Shown: positions 18,296 through 27,213, counted from the first letter of the stretch. The stretch: DNA of 36,132 nucleotides from Candidatus Thiovulum karukerense (GCA_024281215.1 JAMJTX010000021.1:1-36132), one strand, 5' to 3'. Notes: a model not told the origin generated them from the letters alone. Numbers and translations: made by a program.

Positions 18296-19354
18296 TTGAG
18301 TTTTCTAGTTTCATTGGCGATTCTTTCGCTATTAATATTTATCCATGAGTTGGGACACTTTCTATTTGCAAGACTATTTGGTGTTAGAGTAGAGGTGTTT
18401 AGTATAGGGTTTGGCTCAACACTCTTAAGAAAGATTCATAAAGGTACAGAGTACCGTTTAAGTATGATTCCTCTTGGTGGGTATGTCAAGATGAAAGGGC
18501 AGGATGATCTTGATCCAACTGCGAAAAATAGCGATGGTGATAGTTATAATAGCAAACCACCTCTTCAACGAATCGCTATACTTTCTGGAGGAGTTCTCTT
18601 TAACTTTATTTTTGCTTTTATTATGTTTTTCTCAATAGGTTCAATGGGCTTCTCAACTCTATCATCAAAAGTTGGAACTCTTCAAGAGGGAATGCCTGGA
18701 GTGGAGAGTGGTCTTCAAGAGGGAGATATTGTTAAATCAATTAACGGTGAGAAGATAGTTAGTTGGAGAGAGTTAGCCAAAACAATTAGTGAGAGTAGAG
18801 ATGATAGCCTACTTTTTGTTATTGAGCGAAATAGTTCTCTTCTGAATATCGTAATCTCACCCAAAATCTCTGAATCAAAAAATATCTTTGGTGAGACCAT
18901 ATATAAAAGAATGGTTGGTATTGCCCCATCAAATGATATGGTTGAAGTTGAATATACATTATTAGAGGCTCTTCAATATGGAGTCACTGAAACACTCTCA
19001 TCGATGTTGATTATATTTCAGAGTGTTGAGAAGCTAATTGTTGGTGTTCTCTCTCTTGATCAACTGGGTGGAGTTGTCTCTATTTTTGAATATACAGCCA
19101 AGGCATCTGAAACAGGTATAACTACACTTCTATTTATGACTGCTCTTCTATCAGTTAATCTCGGTGTTCTTAACCTGCTCCCTATCCCTGCTTTAGATGG
19201 AGGACATATAATATTTGTTCTTTATGAGATGGTAACAGGGAGAGTTGCCAATGAGAAGATAATGTATCAATTAACTATAATGGGTTGGATTATTCTTGCC
19301 TCTTTAATGGTGATAGGACTATACAATGATATTAATCGTTTAATATCAGGATAA
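18296..19354 (+). CDS. rseP: RIP site-2 zinc metalloprotease RseP (M50 family, single PDZ)
   Basis: It has HELGHF (HExxH) in the first TM, a central PDZ-like segment (GLQEGDIVKSINGEKI) and the C-terminal NLLPIPALDGGH motif. The TTG start is preceded by GGAGGAG. Confidence 0.9.
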   Translation: MSFLVSLAILSLLIFIHELGHFLFARLFGVRVEVFSIGFGSTLLRKIHKGTEYRLSMIPLGGYVKMKGQDDLDPTAKNSDGDSYNSKPPLQRIAILSGGVLFNFIFAFIMFFSIGSMGFSTLSSKVGTLQEGMPGVESGLQEGDIVKSINGEKIVSWRELAKTISESRDDSLLFVIERNSSLLNIVISPKISESKNIFGETIYKRMVGIAPSNDMVEVEYTLLEALQYGVTETLSSMLIIFQSVEKLIVGVLSLDQLGGVVSIFEYTAKASETGITTLLFMTALLSVNLGVLNLLPIPALDGGHIIFVLYEMVTGRVANEKIMYQLTIMGWIILASLMVIGLYNDINRLISG

Positions 19355-19360
19355 TATATA

Positions 19361-19381
19361 TTGCCGTGTTCAGCACGGCAA
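19361..19381. terminator. Hairpin between convergent rseP and the GspS-like gene
   Basis: TTGCCGTG-TTCAG-CACGGCAA is an 8-bp perfect GC-rich stem in the 35-nt convergent gap. Confidence 0.6.
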
Positions 19382-19389
19382 TGAGACTC

Positions 19390-20565
19390 TTAATCTATAC
19401 GATGTCCAACAAATTTACTCATATTATTAAGAATATCTCCACCTCGTCGGAATGCAAGACCACACCCCTCATAAGCAAAGAAAACTCCAGCTTGATATTT
19501 ATTACCATTACTATCTTTTGGAAACTCAATATACTCTTGATAGATCGATTGATAGTTACCATAATCTCCATTAGTCTCGGTGATAACTTCACCATCTGAG
19601 TTAAATATCTTTGTGTTTGCACCCTCTCGACCAAACATCTTTTTTTCAATTTGGGGTTTGTTCTTTAGAGGTTCAAAGCTTGTTTCGAGTAGATAAGGTG
19701 AATCTGGAAAGAGTTCCCACAATATTTTCATTATCCCTTTACTCTGGAAAAGAAGTGTATAAGCAGGATTTAGAATAATTGCTCGTCGGTCAAGTTGAAT
19801 TTTCTCTAAAAGGGTAGTCAGTTGAGGCTCTTCAAAACCTATATCTTCCCAAGGATAGAGCTTAAACCAATACTCAAACTGCTCATCTCTACTATTAAAA
19901 ATCCCCTCATCAGAGAACTGAACCCTATCAAGATACTCAAAATCTGTAACAAATCCAGCATCATCTGCCATCTTTTGAAGAAGCTTAACTGTCTGCTCCT
20001 CCTCTAAGCTACCCTCGTAACTTGAAAAGAGAATTTTCCAGCCCTGATAATTTTCCTTGAAATCTTCTAAATCACCATCAAGGACAATGAGTCGTTTAAA
20101 GTTTTCGCTAATGGTGTTATAGACATTGTTAAATTGGCGATCTTCAATACCGTTTGCTTTTAATATTGCCCACTGAATAACAGTGGTCTCAAAAAGCCCT
20201 GTTGGAGTATCAGAGTTAAACTCAATTAGCTTAATTGGTTTTCCATCAACTCCACCGGCAAGGTCAAATCGTCCATAGAGATGCCAGTGAGGATCGCTCT
20301 CCCACGAGTCTTTAATCATTGGAATTAGGTTGAATGGAATTCCAATTTCGTGGAATAGATTGTTCTCAATAACATACTCTCCAGCCTCAACAAACATCTC
20401 ATATATCTCATTGACAGCTTGATAATAGTTATTAGCCTCATCTTCAGAGAGAACAACAATCTCATCAGCAACATATGAAGTGCCATCTGAATCTGTATGC
20501 CACTGAAAACCTATCTCCTCTAAGATTGAGTTATCAATCCCTTTGACACTCTCTATTTTAACCAT
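19390..20565 (-). CDS. Glutathionylspermidine synthase-like ATP-grasp amidoligase (YgiC/YjfC-type, no amidase domain)
   Basis: The 391-aa protein has the family hallmark YGRFDLAGG...IKLIEFNSDTPTGLFETTVIQW and a C-terminal FGREGANTKI...GVFFAYEGCGLAFR. There is no signal peptide. Confidence 0.75.
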   Translation of the reverse strand: MVKIESVKGIDNSILEEIGFQWHTDSDGTSYVADEIVVLSEDEANNYYQAVNEIYEMFVEAGEYVIENNLFHEIGIPFNLIPMIKDSWESDPHWHLYGRFDLAGGVDGKPIKLIEFNSDTPTGLFETTVIQWAILKANGIEDRQFNNVYNTISENFKRLIVLDGDLEDFKENYQGWKILFSSYEGSLEEEQTVKLLQKMADDAGFVTDFEYLDRVQFSDEGIFNSRDEQFEYWFKLYPWEDIGFEEPQLTTLLEKIQLDRRAIILNPAYTLLFQSKGIMKILWELFPDSPYLLETSFEPLKNKPQIEKKMFGREGANTKIFNSDGEVITETNGDYGNYQSIYQEYIEFPKDSNGNKYQAGVFFAYEGCGLAFRRGGDILNNMSKFVGHRID

Positions 20566-20575
20566 TTCAACTCTT

Positions 20576-21235
20576 CTAGTTTGTGCTATTTAACTCAACT
20601 GAGACATCAAAGAATAGCTCTTTTGTATAGTTATGATCACCTGAAATATCTGTAATAATTACCGAGAACTGATCTGCACCTAAACTATTTCCTGTTACAT
20701 CAAGATGAAGAGTTACTCCAGCCTCTGTACCAGTTGTAAAACTTGTCTCTTGTGAAATAGCAGTAAATACCTGAGTATCAGACTTCACATCAATAACTAA
20801 AGTATCACCTAACTTACTGCTTAAATCAATTGATGTCTCAACCGTATCATTCTCATCAACTATGATATGTGGATCGAATGACTCAACAATAATAGGGCTA
20901 TATGGAACAACAGTGATATCGCTATCTTCATAGCTCTTGACCCAGAAACCTTGATTAGGTGGAACTCTATCAACTACTGTATAATTTGCATCTTCAAGAG
21001 CAACTCTCATTGCATACTCTGTTGAGTATCCTAACCAATTCAAATTGACATTATCGTATGTATATAGAATTTTGATGTTATGTCCTACAAATGTCTCTTT
21101 TAGATCAATCTCTTCGTTAAATCCAAATAGTTGCCACTCACCGCCTTGTAGATGAAAGCTCTTTTCACCCTCATTTGCACTCAATGATGTAGCAAGAGCT
21201 AGTGTTGAAGTAAGCATAGCAATTGATTTTCTCAT
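20576..21235 (-). CDS. Sec-exported protein of unknown function (N-terminal beta-rich module plus C-terminal Ig-like domain)
   Basis: It has a signal peptide, MRKSIAMLTSTLALATSLSA/NEG. The C-terminal approximately 100 aa has an alternating beta-strand pattern typical of Ig-like/Big domains. The gene stops 10 nt upstream of the GspS-like start. Confidence 0.55.
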   Translation of the reverse strand: MRKSIAMLTSTLALATSLSANEGEKSFHLQGGEWQLFGFNEEIDLKETFVGHNIKILYTYDNVNLNWLGYSTEYAMRVALEDANYTVVDRVPPNQGFWVKSYEDSDITVVPYSPIIVESFDPHIIVDENDTVETSIDLSSKLGDTLVIDVKSDTQVFTAISQETSFTTGTEAGVTLHLDVTGNSLGADQFSVIITDISGDHNYTKELFFDVSVELNSTN

Positions 21236-21407
21236 GGTTATAAACTCCTGTTTTATATATTAAAAATAGATCGACATTTATTATACAGGATTAATCAATC
21301 AAAATATTTGAGACTTTTTGATTTATATTTAAAAATCTATTGTTAAAGTCTCTATTTTCGTTATCCTTACACAATTAATAAATTACATAAATTGAGTGAG
21401 AAGATTG

Positions 21408-22754
21408 ATGATTGTTACCCGTTTTGCACCTAGTCCAACTGGTTATCTACATATTGGGGGACTCCGAACAGCCCTTTTAAACTATCTTTGGGCAAAAAGA
21501 AATGGCGGAAAATTCCTTTTAAGAGTCGAGGATACAGATAGAAGTCGTCATAATGAAGATGCCGTTTCTGCAATTTTAGAGGCTTTTAAGTGGGTCGGAC
21601 TAAATAGTGATGAGGAGATTGTCTATCAGTCTCAGAGAGATGAGATATATAAAAAGTATATTGATCAACTTCTCCAAGAGGGAAAAGCTTATAAGTGCTA
21701 TATGACAAAAGAGGAGCTTGAGACTCTTAGAGAGGAGCAACAGGCTCGAAAAGAGAGACCAAGATATGATGGTCGATATAGAGATTTTGATGGAGTTCCA
21801 CCTGAGGGGGTTGAACCAGTTATCAGAATAAAAGCCCCAATAGATGGAAGTATCTTTGTTGATGATAAAATCAAGGGCAGTATTGAGTTTCGTGTAGCTG
21901 ATACACTTGATGATTTTATTATTGCTCGTGCAGATGGCAATCCAACATATAACTTTGTTGTTGCTGTTGATGATGCCCTTATGGGAGTGAATGAAGTTAT
22001 CCGAGGAGATGACCATCTCTCAAACACCCCAAAACAGATTGTTGTCTATAATGCTCTCGGTTTCCAACTTCCAACTTTTTACCATGTGCCAATGATTCAT
22101 AATGAGAGTGGAAAGAAGCTATCTAAAAGAGATGGTGCAACAGATGTTATGGAGTATCAGAGAAACGGTTATCTTCCAGATGCTCTTCTAAACTTCCTTA
22201 TTCGTTTAGGGTGGAGTAACGGTGACCAAGAGATATTTTCAATGGAGGAGATGTTAGAACTATTCAATCCAAAAGATATTAGCAAATCTGCATCAATCTA
22301 CAATCTTGAAAAACTGAATTGGATTAATGGCGAGTACATTAAATCAAAGAGCCGAGATGAGTTGGCAAAAGCTCTCCATATTGAACCAACACCTGTTATC
22401 GACCTTGTTAAAGATAGAACTTCAACTCTAATTGAGCTATCAAGTGAGGTGAATAAAATCTTAAATAGACCAACAGAGTATGACCCAAAATCTATCAAAA
22501 AGCACTTTAAAGAGCTTAACAGAACTCTACTTGGGGAGTTTTTAGAGAAGTTGAAAAATGGTCAAGATAGCTGTGATGAGGCATTTGGGCATATATTAGA
22601 GAGTAATGGTGCTGGAATGGCTAAACTTGCTCAACCTGTAAGAATAGCTCTTGTTGGAGTTGCACAGAGTCCATCTGTTCTTGATGTTATCTCTATCCTT
22701 GGTCGTGATGAGGTAATCTATCGAATTGAGAGCTTTTTGGCTTCTCAAGAGTAA
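21408..22754 (+). CDS. gltX: Glutamyl-tRNA synthetase
   Basis: It has the class I HIGH motif (PSPTGYLHIGG) and KMSKS (KLSKR). The ATG at 21408 gives MIVTRFAPSPTG, the typical GluRS N-terminus. The ORF-track GTG at 21396 adds 4 aa. Confidence 0.92.
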   Translation: MIVTRFAPSPTGYLHIGGLRTALLNYLWAKRNGGKFLLRVEDTDRSRHNEDAVSAILEAFKWVGLNSDEEIVYQSQRDEIYKKYIDQLLQEGKAYKCYMTKEELETLREEQQARKERPRYDGRYRDFDGVPPEGVEPVIRIKAPIDGSIFVDDKIKGSIEFRVADTLDDFIIARADGNPTYNFVVAVDDALMGVNEVIRGDDHLSNTPKQIVVYNALGFQLPTFYHVPMIHNESGKKLSKRDGATDVMEYQRNGYLPDALLNFLIRLGWSNGDQEIFSMEEMLELFNPKDISKSASIYNLEKLNWINGEYIKSKSRDELAKALHIEPTPVIDLVKDRTSTLIELSSEVNKILNRPTEYDPKSIKKHFKELNRTLLGEFLEKLKNGQDSCDEAFGHILESNGAGMAKLAQPVRIALVGVAQSPSVLDVISILGRDEVIYRIESFLASQE

Positions 22755-22764
22755 AAGAGTTATT

Positions 22765-23856
22765 GTGTTTAACGACATATATAGAGGCAAAAAGGTTCTC
22801 GTTACAGGGCATACAGGATTTAAGGGTTCTTGGCTAACAACTTGGCTCTTAAAACTTGGTGCTGAAGTTGTTGGGGTATCGAAAGACATTCCTACAAATC
22901 CATCAATATTTGAGGTTCTGAAGCTCGAAGAGAGGATAACTCACTATTCCGCTGATATTCGAGACCTTGATAAGATGATAGAGATTTTCAGACTTGAGAA
23001 GCCTGACTTCCTTTTTCATCTTGCAGCTCAACCAATTGTCTCAACATCATACGAGAACCCTATTGAGACACTCTCATCAAATATTATGGGAACAGCAAAT
23101 ATTCTTGAGACACTGAGAATTCTTGATAATCCTATTACAGCTGTAATGATCACAAGCGATAAAGCCTATGATAATATTGAGCAGGTTTGGGGGTATAAAG
23201 AGAGTGATGCAATGGGTGGAAAGGATATTTATAGCGGTTCTAAGGGTGGAGCTGAACTAGTTATCAAATCTTATTACCACTCATTTTTCAAGAATTCAAA
23301 AAATATTCGTCTTGCTATTGGACGAGCTGGAAATGTGATTGGTGGTGGAGACTGGGCTAAAGATAGAATTGTAGTTGATTGTGTTGAGGCTTGGAGTCGC
23401 AATAAGAGAGTTGAGATCAGAAGCCCAAAAGCTACTCGACCATGGCAACATGTCCTTGAGCCATTAAGCGGTTATCTCGATTTGGGAGCTGAACTCCATA
23501 GACGAGATGAACTTCATGGAGAAGCATTTAACTTTGGGCCAAGAGCTGAGCAGAACCACACTGTTCTTCAACTTCTTACTGATTTAGCAAAATATTGGGA
23601 GATTGACGAACCTTATCAGGTGACAGACAATATCCCTTTTCATGAAGCTGGTCTTCTCAAATTGAACTGTGACAAAGCCCTCTTCTATCTTCAGTGGCAA
23701 AGCACAATGCTCTATCCAGATACTATTCGTTTTACAAGTGAATGGTATTATAACTACTATAAAGAGATAGGTGATATTTATACTAAAACTGTTGAACAGA
23801 TAGGTGAATATGAGAATTTAGCTAAAAAACAGAGTCTAAAATGGACTACAAATTAA
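22765..23856 (+). CDS. rfbG: CDP-glucose 4,6-dehydratase-like extended SDR
   Basis: It has the VLVTGHTGFKGSWL Rossmann motif and the catalytic Y-xxx-K (YSGSKGGAE). GTG 22765 gives (M)FNDIYRGKKVLVTG, the typical RfbG start, and avoids overlap with gltX. The ORF-track start is 22726. Confidence 0.75.
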   Translation: MFNDIYRGKKVLVTGHTGFKGSWLTTWLLKLGAEVVGVSKDIPTNPSIFEVLKLEERITHYSADIRDLDKMIEIFRLEKPDFLFHLAAQPIVSTSYENPIETLSSNIMGTANILETLRILDNPITAVMITSDKAYDNIEQVWGYKESDAMGGKDIYSGSKGGAELVIKSYYHSFFKNSKNIRLAIGRAGNVIGGGDWAKDRIVVDCVEAWSRNKRVEIRSPKATRPWQHVLEPLSGYLDLGAELHRRDELHGEAFNFGPRAEQNHTVLQLLTDLAKYWEIDEPYQVTDNIPFHEAGLLKLNCDKALFYLQWQSTMLYPDTIRFTSEWYYNYYKEIGDIYTKTVEQIGEYENLAKKQSLKWTTN

Positions 23857-23893
23857 ATAAAAGTTCTGCTGTATTGCCGGACACTCTTTTGCC

Positions 23894-23916
23894 ATATTCG
23901 GGCTTGACCCGAATAT
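23894..23916. terminator. Hairpin between convergent rfbG-like gene and recG
   Basis: ATATTCGGG-CTTGA-CCCGAATAT is a 9-bp perfect stem in the 70-nt convergent gap. Confidence 0.6.
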
Positions 23917-23926
23917 CTCTATTGAG

Positions 23927-25561
23927 TTACTCCTTTAAACCCTTGTTTTGATGAGTCAAAACATCTTCAATAACATCTATATCAGAAGCCATATTTAACC
24001 ACTGAAAAGTATCCCCACTCTGTTTTACACCTTTTACAATATCTCCACCTTTTCGGTTTTTAAGATCCATCGATGCGATATCAAAGCCGTTTGTAGTTTT
24101 TGAAAAGTCTTTGAGCCGTTTTATCGACTCACTTGCTTTTGCTTTTGTGTATAGATAGCAATACCCCTTTAAACCTGTTCGACTAACTCGTCCTCGAAGT
24201 TGATGAAGAGTAGCGAGTCCAAGTCGTTCAGCTCCAACAATAACTATAACTGTCAATCTCGGAAGTGATATACCAACCTCTACAACAGTTGTTGCGAGTA
24301 GAATATCCCCACTCTCCCGAAACTCTTTTAAAACACTCTCTTTCTCCTTATCTTTACCGTGAGTGACATAGACATTTTGAAAATTGCTTCGCCAATAACC
24401 CTCACTCTCCTCAAGAGATTGGTAATTTATCTTCTCCGACTCTTCAACAAGGGGATAGATAAGGAGAATCTGATTATTTTTTGAGATCTCGTCTCTTATT
24501 TTCTCCAACAGTTCTGGAAAATGTTTTGAAAATATAATCTCTGTATCTATATCTTTCTTAAAGGGTGTCTCCTCAATAAGTGATGTTTTAATAACTGAAC
24601 CGTTAATCATCGCCTGAGTTCTTGGGATAGGGGTTGCTGATAGTTGAATAAAATGGGGTCTTTTCTCGCCAGACTTTACCAGCTCCTCTAACCTATTTCT
24701 ATGTTTTGTTCCAAAACGGTGCTGTTCATCAACAATAATTAGAGGAATCTCTGGAAGCTCTCGATATAAAATTGCATTTGTTCCTATCAAAACATCAAAA
24801 TCATCTAACTTCTCTTTTTTTGAGGTTTTAGAAGTTAGGAGAACTATTTTTAACTCTTCTGGCAAAAACTTCTGGGCCTCCTCAAAAAGCTGTTCAGCCA
24901 GAATAGATGTTGGAGCCATCAGAGCTGATTTATGTTTTGAGGCGATAACCATCGAAGCTAAAATGACCATTGTCTTTCCAGAACCCACATCTCCAACAAC
25001 AACTCGTCTCATCGCTATATCGCCTGACATATCTTTTTTAATTTCAGCCACTGTTCTCTTCTGATCGCCTGTTAATTGGAATGGAAGGGACTCAATCCAA
25101 TCCTCAACATCACCATCTAGTTTTTGTAGGGGCAGATATTCAATATTACTCTTCTGCATATTGGTTATATAGTAGAAAGCCTCAACAAACTTAAGAGAGT
25201 AGAGAATATCCTTTGGAAACTCTCCATGCACTTCAAGATGTTTCACTATCTCATCATCTGGATAGCGATGCATATTTAAAATAGGGTTTATAATTCGATA
25301 CGGTAGTCCGCTAAGTTTAAGATTTTCATAGTTGATATGTTTTAGAATAGCATCTTCGATAGAGCTATCTTTGTAAATTGGAACTATCTCTCCATTCGGC
25401 TCACTCTTTACTGGATTGACAATCTGAAGACCATAATCTGTTTTTTGTACTTTACCTCGAATATAGAGATTGTTACCGAGTGAGAATAGTTTGAGATGAA
25501 ATTTTTTATAGTTGAAAAAGAAACCTTGTAAAAAAGTTCCAGAAGTAAGGACTTTGAACAT
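23927..25561 (-). CDS. recG: ATP-dependent DNA helicase RecG (annotated from first ATG; true N-terminus probably further upstream)
   Basis: It has SF2 helicase motifs GDVGSGKT, DEQHRFG and SATPIPRT, and the C-terminal QLRGRVSR. The reading frame stays open for 61 more codons upstream, to 25744. That stretch encodes a wedge-domain-like sequence (ILFRYPQEDR) but has no ATG, GTG or TTG. Confidence 0.9.
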   Translation of the reverse strand: MFKVLTSGTFLQGFFFNYKKFHLKLFSLGNNLYIRGKVQKTDYGLQIVNPVKSEPNGEIVPIYKDSSIEDAILKHINYENLKLSGLPYRIINPILNMHRYPDDEIVKHLEVHGEFPKDILYSLKFVEAFYYITNMQKSNIEYLPLQKLDGDVEDWIESLPFQLTGDQKRTVAEIKKDMSGDIAMRRVVVGDVGSGKTMVILASMVIASKHKSALMAPTSILAEQLFEEAQKFLPEELKIVLLTSKTSKKEKLDDFDVLIGTNAILYRELPEIPLIIVDEQHRFGTKHRNRLEELVKSGEKRPHFIQLSATPIPRTQAMINGSVIKTSLIEETPFKKDIDTEIIFSKHFPELLEKIRDEISKNNQILLIYPLVEESEKINYQSLEESEGYWRSNFQNVYVTHGKDKEKESVLKEFRESGDILLATTVVEVGISLPRLTVIVIVGAERLGLATLHQLRGRVSRTGLKGYCYLYTKAKASESIKRLKDFSKTTNGFDIASMDLKNRKGGDIVKGVKQSGDTFQWLNMASDIDVIEDVLTHQNKGLKE

Positions 25562-25751
25562 TAAAGATAGGTTTTTACCTATAACACGAGATGAGGTTAC
25601 TTTTACCTGAAGTAGATTTTCCCTATCCTCTTGAGGGTATCGAAAAAGTATAAAATTGCGATACCCTTTAGGAGCTTCTGTAGCAAGTTTTAAGAGTGGA
25701 ATTCTCTTTTCGCTATTTTGTTCAGATATTTTAAAACTCCTATTTTAAGAA

Positions 25752-26936
25752 TTAAAGCCCTGGAAGTCTTGGAATATATCCAAGTTTAGATAGTTTAGTA
25801 TAGACTCCCCAACCTTTTTTCATAATATGCCCAATAAATGGAAGTGGAATCATAAGCTGTTTATTATCGTCTCGATATACAAAAGCTGCACCATCACCTG
25901 TATCCATTACACATAGAATATTGAGATGCTCTGTATAGCTCTTCTTCTCAAATGGAAGACTATTCTCTTTGATAATTATATTTTCAGCTGCATTTCTTGC
26001 CATCACTTCAGCGATATGCCCCTGTTTTGCTCTCCAGTCAGCACCCTCTAATTTAGCTACATCTCCAACTGCATAGATATTATCAAATCCTTTGACTTCA
26101 TTAAATTGATTGACTTCAATAAATCCAGCTTCGCTAAGTGGTAGATCAGAGCTAATCATCTTCTCGTGTCCTTTGCTTCCAGGAACAAATACAATTAAGT
26201 CAGCTTTCAGAGAGGTACTATCTTCAAAGATAACTTCACCCTTTCGGAACTCTTCTATCTTTTTACCATAATGCTGTTTTAGATTCATATATTGAAAAAT
26301 CATATTCATCTTTTCAGTTGAGGCACTACCCATTCTAGCCCCTGGTGTTTTCATCGGAGCGAAGAATGTCATCTCAAACTTATCTCTAATTCCAAGTTTT
26401 TTGAGTCGGTTATGGACATTAAAGAAGAGTTCAAAAGCTGGACCCCCTCGAACAGCTGAGCTATCTTTCGGGTTTCCACCAAAGCCCATAGCGATTTTTC
26501 CACCACCTTTTGCAATTAGAAGATCAAGCTCTTTCTGAATATCAAGTGCCTCTTCAGGTCTTCCGCAGATTGAGAGAGTATGCTCAACACCTTTTGGCTT
26601 TAACTTACCTGCACCAACTGCAATAATGGCGTAATCAAAAACCATTCGACCACCATCTTGTAGTTGAACATAGTTCTCTGTTCCATTAATCTCTTCAACC
26701 TCATCAATAATCAGGTTAAAGTTTCTTCTCTTTGCAAGTTTTTCAAGAGAGACTGTTGTATCTGAGAATCTAGCCTCTCCTGTTGGAATCCAGATAGATG
26801 TAGGGTATATGTAAAAATATTCACGATTTGATATCAGAGTTACATTAAAGTATCTCTCTTTTGCTAAAGCGATTGCTGCCTCTATTCCAGCAAATCCACC
26901 TCCAAGAACAACTATATTTTTTTTAAGTTTCTGCAT
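25752..26936 (-). CDS. Sulfide:quinone oxidoreductase-like / type II NADH dehydrogenase-like flavoprotein
   Basis: It has an N-terminal VVLGGGFAG FAD motif and a GD motif (YAVGDVA). SQR-like Cys contexts are LSICGRPEE and NILCVMDTGDG. These are the only two Cys in the protein. Confidence 0.6.
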   Translation of the reverse strand: MQKLKKNIVVLGGGFAGIEAAIALAKERYFNVTLISNREYFYIYPTSIWIPTGEARFSDTTVSLEKLAKRRNFNLIIDEVEEINGTENYVQLQDGGRMVFDYAIIAVGAGKLKPKGVEHTLSICGRPEEALDIQKELDLLIAKGGGKIAMGFGGNPKDSSAVRGGPAFELFFNVHNRLKKLGIRDKFEMTFFAPMKTPGARMGSASTEKMNMIFQYMNLKQHYGKKIEEFRKGEVIFEDSTSLKADLIVFVPGSKGHEKMISSDLPLSEAGFIEVNQFNEVKGFDNIYAVGDVAKLEGADWRAKQGHIAEVMARNAAENIIIKENSLPFEKKSYTEHLNILCVMDTGDGAAFVYRDDNKQLMIPLPFIGHIMKKGWGVYTKLSKLGYIPRLPGL

Positions 26937-26941
26937 CTATA

Positions 26942-27136
26942 TTAAAACCTCTTTAAAAGATATGGAGCTTCTGGAATTTGGTCATCAACAACTCCAAAAA
27001 AGTGGTGAGCTGTTGAGTATATTGCTCCAACTACTAATAGTCCAATAATAACAAAATTTACAATTTTTCGCTTACTATTACTCTCATTACCGTTATAATC
27101 TTCGATGGTGTCCATCGTTGGCTCAAAACTCTTCAT
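26942..27136 (-). CDS. Small single-pass membrane protein, unknown function
   Basis: The 64-aa protein has one hydrophobic helix (IVNFVIIGLLVVGAIYSTA). It stops 5 nt upstream of the SQR-like ATG. Coding status rests on that positional coupling only. Confidence 0.4.
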   Translation of the reverse strand: MKSFEPTMDTIEDYNGNESNSKRKIVNFVIIGLLVVGAIYSTAHHFFGVVDDQIPEAPYLLKRF

Positions 27137-27213
27137 AATAAAACCTTTAATTATATTTATTATTTCTCTGTATTATATCTATCGATTAATAAAGCGAAAG
27201 ACTGGAAATCTAG

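Noticed and set aside
2115-22754. Apparent enrichment of glutamate-handling genes (gltB, gatA, gltX, RimK-like, GspS-like), considered as a functional 'Glu island'.
   Set aside because: The genes are in different transcription units and orientations, with unrelated genes between them. gltB, gatA and gltX are universal housekeeping genes, so this is most likely coincidence.
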